From an uncultured Bifidobacterium sp. (lineage in GTDB: Bacteria; Verrucomicrobiota; Verrucomicrobiia; Limisphaerales; JADJPG01): DNA of 64,000 nt. Each line of letters opens with the position of its first letter. Position 1 is the first letter of the stretch. The notes beneath the pieces were generated by a model. The model searched no databases and had not been told where the DNA came from. It saw nothing but the letters and a program-made list of their open reading frames with translations. The stretch covers positions 37,798 through 101,797 of the forward strand of contig CAZBIC010000018.1 of the NCBI GenBank assembly GCA_964491875.1, in the 5' to 3' direction. The translations under genes and the position numbers were made by a program. Below are positions 1 through 7,389 of this stretch, in pieces.

Positions 1-494
1 GATGACGGCGCCGCGAGGAGCACGGAACCCATGAGGGTCAGGGCGACTACGACGGCGCAGAACACCGAGTGCAGCCAGAAGGCCTGGAAGTAATTCGCGA
101 TGGGCCAGTAATGTTCCTTCGTGCCGCTGACGAGGCAGAAGAACGCGTAGAACAGTGCGAGCGAGAGCACGCACGCCGTCCAGCAGCCGAAGAACTTTCC
201 GAGCATGACCTGGGCGCGGGTGACTGGCTTGGCCAGGAGCGGGAAGATGGTGCGGCTTTCCTTCTCCGCCGGAATCTGGCGCGCCGCAGTGGCGACGGCG
301 ATGACGACGGAGGAGATCCAGATGAGCGTGAGGCAGACCTCCTTGAGGTAACGCGCGATGTTCGGATCGCCAAACAGATTCACCGAGCCGAGCAGCAGGG
401 TGATGAGCGCGGTGAGAAACAGCAGGACGTAGACGTCCTTGCGCCGAATCATTTCGAGGATTACGACGCCAGCAACAGCGAGGATGATGTGCAT
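1..494 (-). CDS. ABC-2 type transporter permease (3' end runs off the window)
   Basis: The minus-strand frame is open from the ATG at 494-492 to the window edge, so it has no stop and is absent from the ORF track. My own translation is MHIILAVAGVVILEMIRRKDVYVLLFLTALITLLLGS...AKPVTRAQVMLGKFFGCWTACVLSLALFYAFF, which is hydrophobic and polytopic in the NosY/ABC-2 style. It overlaps the stop of the upstream ATPase gene. Confidence 0.7.
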   Translation of the reverse strand, partial: MHIILAVAGVVILEMIRRKDVYVLLFLTALITLLLGSVNLFGDPNIARYLKEVCLTLIWISSVVIAVATAARQIPAEKESRTIFPLLAKPVTRAQVMLGKFFGCWTACVLSLALFYAFFCLVSGTKEHYWPIANYFQAFWLHSVFCAVVVALTLMGSVLLAAPS

Positions 495-1300
495 GTGGAG
501 GAGGAGTTAAGATTGAAGCCGATGATGCGGAGGAATGCCTGTTCGAGGTTGGTTTCGTTTCCGGTGAGGAGGCTAGCGACAGCGCCCGCCGCCTTGAGTT
601 CGCCCTGGTGAAGGATCGCGACGCGGTCGCAGACCGTCTCGACCTCGCCCATTTCGTGAGAGGAAAAGAAGACGGTTTTGCCCTCGTTCTTCAGGCGCTG
701 AATGATTTCACGAACTTTCATGCGCCCGATGGGATCGAGACCGCTCGTGGGTTCGTCGAGGATGAGCAGGTCTGGATTATTGATCAGCGCCTGTGCGAGA
801 CCGGCGCGTTGCTGCATTCCTTTCGAGTAAGTGCGAATGGGCCGTTTCCGCGCGTGATCCAGTTCGACAAGTTTGAGCACCACGTCGATGCGGCGTTCGC
901 GTTCAGCTTTCGGGATCTTGAAGATGCGCGCATAGAAGCGGAGGAGTTCCTCTGCGGTGAGGAACTTGTAGTAGTAGGTCATCTCCGGCAGGTAACCGAT
1001 GCGCTGGCGGGCGATGGGTTGACGCACATCGGTGCCGAAGAGATACGCCGCGCCACCAGTCGCGTTCGCGAAACCGAGCAGCACGTTCATGGTGGTGGTT
1101 TTTCCGGCGCCGTTGGGCCCGAGGAAGCCGAAGACTTCACCGGGATACACCGCAAGGTCGAGGCCTTGCAGCGCGACTTTGACGCCCTGGCCGATCTCAC
1201 GGGAACGAAACTCCACGCGGAGCTTCTCGGTCCGCAGGATCGGTTGCGGACCATTGGCGGCTGATGACTGAGACATATTGTTCATGACTTTCCTGTTCAC
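461..1300 (-). CDS. ABC transporter ATP-binding protein (ABC-2/NosF/CcmA-like)
   Basis: Walker A GPNGAGKTT, signature-like YSKGMQQR, Walker B LLILDEPTSGLD and H-loop FFSSHEM are all present. The exact start is uncertain (Met at 1300 or a nearby Met). Confidence 0.9.
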   Translation of the reverse strand: MNRKVMNNMSQSSAANGPQPILRTEKLRVEFRSREIGQGVKVALQGLDLAVYPGEVFGFLGPNGAGKTTTMNVLLGFANATGGAAYLFGTDVRQPIARQRIGYLPEMTYYYKFLTAEELLRFYARIFKIPKAERERRIDVVLKLVELDHARKRPIRTYSKGMQQRAGLAQALINNPDLLILDEPTSGLDPIGRMKVREIIQRLKNEGKTVFFSSHEMGEVETVCDRVAILHQGELKAAGAVASLLTGNETNLEQAFLRIIGFNLNSSSTCTSSSLLLAS

Positions 1301-1433
1301 GGCGGACCTCTTCCTGAACGGTCGCAGCCGGGAACAATTATGGTTTTGGAATTGATTTAGGATCGCTCGAAACGACGCGCTTCAATTGGCGCGACATTTC
1401 ATGCGAGGGACGAGGCAACCAGCTGACGCTGGT

Positions 1434-1847
1434 TCAGGCGACGGCGGGAGGGGCGCGTCCGGGGAGGAGTCGATACGCGACTTCTGGAAGGGAAATGAAC
1501 GCCGGAAGAGCCGGTGCGAGAAAGAGAATCAGCGGGAGAATCGCCGCGGCGGGTGCAAAGGAGGTTAGCTCGAGCGATCCAGTCTGGAGAAGAGTGATCA
1601 GGCACTCGTGACCTTGAGCGCCGGTGCCGTCGTGATGCGCATGGTCATGCTGATCGTGCAGCTCGTGGTGCAGCTCGGGGGTGAACTGGAGCGCGAGTGC
1701 GCTGAGGAGGTTTAGAGCCAGCAGAATACCCAGAAGCCGCCGCCACGACGGGTGGCGTGCGCCATCTGAGGTTCCTGACGACTTTGAGTTCATGTTGCGA
1801 CTGTACCGACCAGAAGCTGCCCCCCGGAGCGCTTCAGTTTCATTCAT
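1434..1847 (-). CDS. Small membrane-anchored His-rich protein with an HEC motif (paralog of 6831..7304)
   Basis: It has an N-terminal hydrophobic segment (LLGILLALNLLSALAL) followed by LHHELHDQHDHAHHDGTGAQGHECLITLLQTG. It aligns with the 6831..7304 product (LHEHVHDDAHHSEHECVISLFAHG). The start is probably the internal Met near 1793. Confidence 0.55.
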   Translation of the reverse strand: MNETEALRGAASGRYSRNMNSKSSGTSDGARHPSWRRLLGILLALNLLSALALQFTPELHHELHDQHDHAHHDGTGAQGHECLITLLQTGSLELTSFAPAAAILPLILFLAPALPAFISLPEVAYRLLPGRAPPAVA

Positions 1848-1958
1848 CGGTCGATCGCGCAGAAGGATTAATATGCGGGCGCCCGGTTGTCTTTCCCGAG
1901 CCGAGAAAGACGGTCAAGACGGTGACGGGGATTTGGTTGGTGGTTTGCATGGTTTGGT

Positions 1959-2444
1959 TCAATGCGAGTGGTGATGGGTATGATGCAGATGGATGTGGGC
2001 AAGCTGTCGGTGGGGATGACGCCGCGCGAAATACGCGGCGACGAACAGCGTGAAGGCGCCGAGCACGCTCTTGCCGACGCGTTTCGGCGCGATGCCAAGG
2101 CTGGCCACGCTGATCCGGGTTTTTCGTTCGTTGGCGGCGAGCTTCTCCACCCAGCCATCCATGCCGAGGCCGAGGAGCAGAACGAGCTCGGCTTCGGCAA
2201 CGGATCGGGCGAGCTGCGGACTGGCTTCCATCGCATGAGGGTCACCGCCCGGAGGCGTGTGACAGACGACGTGGAAATTCGTCCCGGCCAGCGCGCGTGC
2301 GAAGTCGTAGAGCGGAAAGAAGCTGGCGACGATCTGTGGGTGCCTTGAAGAGTTCGACGATTCGCGTTTGCACGAGGCAGCGGACATCGACAATACGATC
2401 ATCGCGGCGACAACGACCGACCGCGGGTTGATTGCCTGCTTCAT
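1959..2444 (-). CDS. ZnuA/TroA-family metal-binding protein, N-terminal half only, with a His-rich tail (possible remnant)
   Basis: After a signal or lipobox-like N-terminus (MKQAINPRSVVVAAMIVLSMSAASC) the sequence reads IVASFFPLYDFARALAG..PPGGDPHAMEASP..AELVLLLGLGMDGWVEKL, which is typical of a ZnuA N-lobe. The ORF ends in ...HIHLHHTHHHSH, where the ZnuA His-loop would be. No C-lobe is found in any frame downstream. Confidence 0.5.
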   Translation of the reverse strand: MKQAINPRSVVVAAMIVLSMSAASCKRESSNSSRHPQIVASFFPLYDFARALAGTNFHVVCHTPPGGDPHAMEASPQLARSVAEAELVLLLGLGMDGWVEKLAANERKTRISVASLGIAPKRVGKSVLGAFTLFVAAYFARRHPHRQLAHIHLHHTHHHSH

Positions 2445-2457
2445 ACGGCAACGCTGT

Positions 2458-3294
2458 TCATGGAACTTGTAGTAGGGCACGGAAGAGCCGGGTGCCGTGG
2501 TTGGGGAATTCGAACGTGGTGCTGGAGCCGTGGGGGATGAAATTGGTCAGTGTCGTCCAGTCGTTCTGGTTCGTCGCGGACTCGATGGTGCAAGGAATTG
2601 TTGGAATCGAATCGAGAGTGAGGGTGATCGAAGAAGGCGCTGCCGCAGCGGCGAGTTTGAGTCGCGGTCCGGGCGGAGGCTCGACATCGAAGAGCACCAC
2701 GGTTTCCGGGCTGGTCACGCTCTCTTGCGAGGCGCGGAGCCGGGCCTGAACCCGGAAGTGGACGGCATAACGTCCGGCGTGGCTGAAGGCCCAGTTGAGG
2801 TGGCGATGGGTGCCGGGACCGACGTTGAGCTTGCGTTGGTCGATCGTGTCGATGCCGTCGCGCGTGTTCCACCAGATGACAAAGTTCCCGAACGGATCAG
2901 TTTCATAGGCGCTGAACTGTCCGGGGCCATCGACGCGGGTGAGTTGGAGTTGAATCTCGTTGTTCACGAACGTGCCGGAAGCCACGCCTTCCGCAGAGAA
3001 TCCAAGATAGGGCAGCCCGAAGGCGGGCGTCTCGGGAATGACCCACGCGAAACGGTCCGGCGCGCCGAGCAAGTTGGTGTACGCCGGATGATTCGGGATA
3101 CGGTAGAGGCTGTACCACCGGACGAACACAGGATTCTCGGGCAAGGCGAGGTGGCCGTAGTTCAAATCATGGAGCGTGAAGCGCCAGCCGTTGGTCGCGT
3201 GGTAGTCGATGGCGACATCGAGATGGTAGAACGCTCGGACAGGGCTGGCACACAGAGCGAGTGCCGCGATCGACAGACACGCGAGGCTCTTCAT
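2458..3294 (-). CDS. Secreted choice-of-anchor M (TIGR03769-like) domain protein with a C-terminal FYRL-type domain
   Basis: It has a signal peptide (MKSLACLSIAALALCASPVRA). The motif GPGTHRHLNWAFSHAGRYAVHFRV matches the H-x-H-x-NW-x-F...G-x-Y signature of the surface-anchored repeat that accompanies ZnuA-type ABC systems. It ends in ...TRLFRALLQVP. Confidence 0.6.
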   Translation of the reverse strand: MKSLACLSIAALALCASPVRAFYHLDVAIDYHATNGWRFTLHDLNYGHLALPENPVFVRWYSLYRIPNHPAYTNLLGAPDRFAWVIPETPAFGLPYLGFSAEGVASGTFVNNEIQLQLTRVDGPGQFSAYETDPFGNFVIWWNTRDGIDTIDQRKLNVGPGTHRHLNWAFSHAGRYAVHFRVQARLRASQESVTSPETVVLFDVEPPPGPRLKLAAAAAPSSITLTLDSIPTIPCTIESATNQNDWTTLTNFIPHGSSTTFEFPNHGTRLFRALLQVP

Positions 3295-3314
3295 TGAAGG
3301 AGTTGAACCGTTGG

Positions 3315-3350
3315 TCGGACGTGTCCGCGTCGGAGTGACGCGGACACGCC
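3315..3350 (-). other. GC-rich intergenic hairpin (13-bp stem with one bulge, 9-nt loop)
   Basis: cggacgtgtccgcg / tcggagtga / cgcggacacgccg lies between the stop of 3361..4419 and the start of 2458..3294. There is no U-tract, so it is a possible U-less terminator or an mRNA processing or stability element. Confidence 0.35.
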
Positions 3351-3360
3351 GACGGGTTGA

Positions 3361-4419
3361 TCAATCGAGTTTGCGGAGTCGGAAGAACTGCGCCGGCTGA
3401 TTGCCGGGCAGCACGAGTGACGCAGTCCCGGTTTGCGCGGCGCCCTCACCCGCTCCGGCGGTGTTCACCGTGGGTCTCTGCGGGAGGGCTGTCCACGGAC
3501 CATCAGCGGTCGGCGCGCCTTCGAGGACGTAGCCGGCGGTGACGGTCGGCATGGTGAGGCGGACTGTTCGCTCAATGGCGAGCGTGGGTGCGGACACGAC
3601 GCGGAAGTCGAAGAACGAAATGCCCGAATCGGGGATGGGTGTGTGGCCTTCGGCAGTGCTTACGTCCACGAACTTGAACGCGGCGGTGTAGGTGCCGGGC
3701 GTGGCATTGGTCTCGGTCCAGAATACCGGCGAGAAGTCAAAATTGTCGGCGTCGCCGAGAAGGTGGCGATCGCCAGGATTGGCGAGGATGTCGAGCTGGT
3801 TGGTCAGGCCGATGTGCAATCCCGGCGTGAGCGAAACGAGCTCCATCGCGAGCACGGCACCGGGCATCGGTTTGGCATAAACGGCATTGTCGAAACTGCC
3901 GAACTGCGGGCCGAAGCGGTTGAAGAGCATGTGCCACTCGGGTGAGCCGTAGCCGTATTCGTTCGTTCCTGTGGCGGTGCGGTCGTAACGGAGCGACTGC
4001 ACCGAGCGGAAGCGCATGGTGCTGTAGTTCTCATCCGTCTTTGCGCTCACGAGGCGGCCCGCGAACGCGCCGGCTCCGGGCACGAGGGCGATCGGGTCCT
4101 GACGGGTGCTGACTTCCGGAACGCGGGCGTTGGAATTGGTAGGTACCACGACCAGTGCGTTCGTCGGGCCGGTATAGGAATAGGATCCGAGATTGTGGAA
4201 ATGATTCAGCAGACGGTTCTCCGCCGACGGATGTGGGTAGAACAGCGTGATGTGGCCGCGGTTGGGATTGGGCAGGCCGCGATAGATCGCCGGAGCGAAG
4301 ACCCCGGGGAGATCATCGTAGCCGACGTAGTAGCCGGATATTTGTGCTTCGGCAGATGGAGTGGAGATGAAGGTCGCGGCGAGGGTGCCGACGACAACCA
4401 GAGTTCTTACTTTTGTCAT
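3361..4419 (-). CDS. Secreted hypothetical protein (beta-rich) with a C-terminal FYRL-type domain
   Basis: The track ORF 3361..4836 has an Arg-rich, implausible N-terminus. The internal Met at 4419 gives the signal peptide MTKVRTLVVVGTLAATFISTPSAEA. It contains HFHNLG and ends in ...QPAQFFRLRKLD. I recognise no family. Confidence 0.6.
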   Translation of the reverse strand: MTKVRTLVVVGTLAATFISTPSAEAQISGYYVGYDDLPGVFAPAIYRGLPNPNRGHITLFYPHPSAENRLLNHFHNLGSYSYTGPTNALVVVPTNSNARVPEVSTRQDPIALVPGAGAFAGRLVSAKTDENYSTMRFRSVQSLRYDRTATGTNEYGYGSPEWHMLFNRFGPQFGSFDNAVYAKPMPGAVLAMELVSLTPGLHIGLTNQLDILANPGDRHLLGDADNFDFSPVFWTETNATPGTYTAAFKFVDVSTAEGHTPIPDSGISFFDFRVVSAPTLAIERTVRLTMPTVTAGYVLEGAPTADGPWTALPQRPTVNTAGAGEGAAQTGTASLVLPGNQPAQFFRLRKLD

Positions 4420-4547
4420 TGGGTTTCGGTTTTTATGTAGGTTTGCTGTGCGTGGTGCGACACAACGGATGTGCTTGCCGGCCTCCCGTTCACCAGCAGC
4501 CAACCAGACCGCCAGTGCCTGCAAAGGGTGTCGCGCCAAAATTGTCC

Positions 4548-5840
4548 TTAACCTTCGTTCGCGTTCTCGTTCACGGGCTGGAGTTGTTTCCATTCGGGGA
4601 AGGGATCGAGAAGTCTGGCCCAGCTGGATTCGCCGCGTTTCATCTCCGCGTCGGTCAGGAGGCAACCATCGAGTGCGGCGCGCATCTTCTCCTCGTCGAG
4701 TTGCTGGCCGATGAAGACGAGTTCCTGTCGGCGATCGCCGTAGGGTTTCTCGGAGAGACGCCGGATCTCGGCGAGCGATGCGGCGTCGGTCGGCCAGTAT
4801 TCCTTGTCCACCGCCGCCCACCAAAAGCCGGCGCATTGATGCACGCCGGTGCTGCCAGCTTGTTGCCAGAGCCCGGCGTGGTCCATGCGCGTGGCGAGCC
4901 AGAAGTGACCTTTGCTGCGCAGGAGTCCACGCCAGTCCCGGTGCAGAAAATTCCAGAACCGCTGCGGATGAAACGGCCGGCGCGCGCGATAAACGAAGCT
5001 GCCGATGCCGTATTCCGCGGTCTCGGGCTGTTCCTCGCCGCGCATCACCTTCATCCAGCCGGGCGCCTGTTGCGCGGCGGCGAAGTCGAACCGCCCCGTG
5101 TCGAGCACCTCCTTGAGCGGAACGCGCCCTTGCTCGGACTCCACGATGTGCGCGCGAGGATTGAGCTTCGTCAGGATGGCGCGCAGGGACTTTCGTTCCG
5201 TGGCGGTGACGAGGTCGGTCTTGTTCAGCACGATCACGTCGCAGAACTCCACCTGGTCGATAAGCAGATCCGTGACGGTGCGATCATCGTCGGCGTTCAG
5301 TGCGGCGCGACGTTCCTTGAGCGAGTCGGACTGTTTGAAGTCGCGCAGGAAATTCCTCGCATCAACGACCGTCACCATCGTGTCGAGACGCGCGACCTTG
5401 CTGAGCGTCTTGCCGTCGGTGTCGGTGAAGGTGAACGTCTCAGCGACCGGCAGCGGCTCGCTGATGCCGGTGGATTCGATGAGCAGGTAATCGAACTTGC
5501 GCGCCTTCGCGAGCGCCGCGACTTCCGCGAGCAAATCCTCACGCAGCGTGCAGCAGATGCAGCCATTCTGCATCTCGACGAGCTTCTCCTCGGTGCGCGA
5601 AAGCTTCGCGCCGCCGTTGGCCACCAGCGCGCCGTCGATGTTCACCTCGCTCATGTCGTTGACGATGACGGCGACGCGTAGGCCCTCGCGATTGTGGAGG
5701 ACGTGGTTGAGCAATGTGGTCTTTCCGGCGCCAAGGAATCCGGACAGCACGGTGACGGGAAGGCGCGTGGGCGCGCGGCGTGCAGCGGGTTTGACGCGGC
5801 GGAGTCTATTCGAAGAAGGCAGTGTGGTTTTCATCGGCAA
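4548..5840 (-). CDS. COG0523-family GTPase (zinc metallochaperone-like, ZigA/YeiR type)
   Basis: It has the P-loop [15 protein letters not shown], the CxCC metal motif ([11 protein letters not shown]) and a CobW C-terminal region. Confidence 0.9.
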   Translation of the reverse strand: MPMKTTLPSSNRLRRVKPAARRAPTRLPVTVLSGFLGAGKTTLLNHVLHNREGLRVAVIVNDMSEVNIDGALVANGGAKLSRTEEKLVEMQNGCICCTLREDLLAEVAALAKARKFDYLLIESTGISEPLPVAETFTFTDTDGKTLSKVARLDTMVTVVDARNFLRDFKQSDSLKERRAALNADDDRTVTDLLIDQVEFCDVIVLNKTDLVTATERKSLRAILTKLNPRAHIVESEQGRVPLKEVLDTGRFDFAAAQQAPGWMKVMRGEEQPETAEYGIGSFVYRARRPFHPQRFWNFLHRDWRGLLRSKGHFWLATRMDHAGLWQQAGSTGVHQCAGFWWAAVDKEYWPTDAASLAEIRRLSEKPYGDRRQELVFIGQQLDEEKMRAALDGCLLTDAEMKRGESSWARLLDPFPEWKQLQPVNENANEG

Positions 5841-6448
5841 TCGGGAAGTTCAAGTTTGTCTCCGGCCATCTCGTAGATGCTGGAGATGGAGCCATTCTCT
5901 ACAAACGGTCCGACACGGAGTGTGCCGAGCACGGTGATGGGCCGACCGGTCACCACGCGCAGGCCGGGCTCCGGCGCAGTGACGTGAATCCAGTGATTCA
6001 TCTTGGGCGTGGCACCGAAGCAGCACGACGCCTGGTCGCGAACGAGGAGGAAATCCGTGCAACCCTTCGCCGTGGTGCGGAGGGGAAGCATGAAGCCGTT
6101 TACCGCCACCTTGCGCTCGTGCAGCGGCCGGACGTATTGCGGAATCGGGTCGCGCAACTTTACCACTGGGTAGCGATGCGGTGGTTCGATCTCCATGTAG
6201 GTGTCGCACTTGAACCCGGACAGCATCGCGAAGCTGACCAGCAGATGCCCGGTGGCGTTTGTGCGAAAGCCGTTCGTCTCCATCTTCTCAGCAATGGCGC
6301 GCGCCCGGGCGAGCGTGCTCTGGATCGCGGCCACGTTGTTCGTTGATGCCGCCGCGGAATTGGTGGCCGCATCGGCTCCAGACGCGCTGGTTCCGACCCA
6401 GAAGGTCGCGAGCACAATGGCGAGGTGGATGAAATGGGAGAGATTCAT
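5831..6448 (-). CDS. DUF3299-family secreted protein
   Basis: The start is taken at the Met at 6448 ([19 protein letters not shown]...). [43 protein letters not shown] matches the DUF3299 core. It overlaps the COG0523 start by 10 nt. Confidence 0.7.
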   Translation of the reverse strand: MNLSHFIHLAIVLATFWVGTSASGADAATNSAAASTNNVAAIQSTLARARAIAEKMETNGFRTNATGHLLVSFAMLSGFKCDTYMEIEPPHRYPVVKLRDPIPQYVRPLHERKVAVNGFMLPLRTTAKGCTDFLLVRDQASCCFGATPKMNHWIHVTAPEPGLRVVTGRPITVLGTLRVGPFVENGSISSIYEMAGDKLELPDCR

Positions 6449-6486
6449 TTCGAGTTCGAATCGAGTTCGTTGGAGCGAGCGGGCAG

Positions 6487-6576
6487 GGTGTGGTGATTGA
6501 GAGTCGAGCCGGTCGACGGTGCTGAAGCAGTCCATCCAACGCTGGCGCTCGTCGACGGGCATTCAATCACCACACC
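6487..6576. repeat. Perfect 14-bp inverted repeat separated by 62 nt
   Basis: GGTGTGGTGATTGA (6487-6500) pairs with TCAATCACCACACC (6563-6576). Two GTCGAC-containing sub-palindromes lie between the arms. It is followed by AAAAAGTTTTT and CGTATACG. It lies in the leader upstream of the DUF3299/COG0523 genes. Confidence 0.5.
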
Positions 6577-6830
6577 TCAAAAAGTTTTTCGTATACGCGC
6601 AGGACGCGGGCGCAATGGGCCGGCGACTCGTGCAGGGAGCTTTGTTTTCGTTCAGCGCGGAACAGGTTCCATGCTGGATCGGAGGTCGATTGCGTTCGCA
6701 CGCAGGCCTCCGAGTTTTGCTTCAACGGCGGAACAGAGATTAGTTGTGAAGCTGCCGCGGGCCGCATCGATGCACTTCACCGATGGTCGCGAGCGGCTTC
6801 AGAAACACGCGAGGAATCCGAGGGACGGAT

Positions 6831-7304
6831 TCAGGAGGGAGGGACGGGCGGACCGCGTTCCCGGGGACGAAGAAATTCGATCGACGAAACGGGGGAGACC
6901 AGTGCGGTGTGAGCGAGGGGTGTTTCTGAAACCGGTGCTGCCGTGGCGAGGGGTGCGGCTGCTTCGAAGTGAACCGACCCGTGGGCGAAGAGCGAGATGA
7001 CGCACTCGTGCTCGGAGTGATGGGCGTCATCGTGGACGTGCTCGTGGAGGGAAGGGCTGCCGGCGAGCGTGCCGCAGATCAACACCAGGGCACAGAGCGC
7101 CAGCGTGGCGAGAAGGCTCGCCGCGGTGCGGAAAACTGAGGTGACACGCAGATCTTGCAAAGCACTCGCATTACAGGAAGTCGCCCGCGGAACGACAAGT
7201 TCAATCACCGCGACCAGCGCCGGTTTATTTGCAAATGAACTGCAAGTGCCGTTGTGCGAGGGGAGAGCTGCGGAGATCGGAAGTTGAAAGGGGCGTCGCG
7301 CCAT
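6831..7304 (-). CDS. Small membrane-anchored His-rich protein with an HEC motif (paralog of 1434..1847)
   Basis: It has the hydrophobic segment LLATLALCALVLICG followed by SLHEHVHDDAHHSEHECVISLFAHGSVH. The start is uncertain. The ATG at 7304 sits in the loop of the hairpin at 7290..7322, so a downstream alternative start (for example TTG near 7160) is plausible. Confidence 0.5.
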   Translation of the reverse strand: MARRPFQLPISAALPSHNGTCSSFANKPALVAVIELVVPRATSCNASALQDLRVTSVFRTAASLLATLALCALVLICGTLAGSPSLHEHVHDDAHHSEHECVISLFAHGSVHFEAAAPLATAAPVSETPLAHTALVSPVSSIEFLRPRERGPPVPPS

Positions 7305-7322
7305 TCTTGAGCGCGACGCCCC
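7290..7322 (-). terminator. Stem-loop downstream of the 1001-aa Ig-protein gene
   Basis: This is a perfect 12-bp stem, GGGGCGTCGCGC / 9-nt loop / GCGCGACGCCCC. On the minus strand it is followed by TTTCAACTT. Confidence 0.5.
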
Positions 7323-7389
7323 GGATCAATGGGTTGAAGAGATGATTTTCCCCGCTCTGAGGATCAAAGCAGGGATCGTCGTCAGCAGG

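Noticed and set aside
1868-2245. The ORF 1868..2245 (-), considered as a frameshifted C-terminal lobe of the ZnuA-like gene.
   Set aside because: - Its translation is Ser/Pro/Arg-rich and has none of the ZnuA C-lobe motifs.
- It overlaps the N-lobe ORF out of frame.
4420-4836. An N-terminal extension of the 3361 ORF, as in the track ORF 3361..4836 (491 aa).
   Set aside because: - The first 139 residues are Arg-rich junk.
- They overlap the 3' end of the COG0523 gene region.
- The Met at 4419 gives a clean signal peptide.
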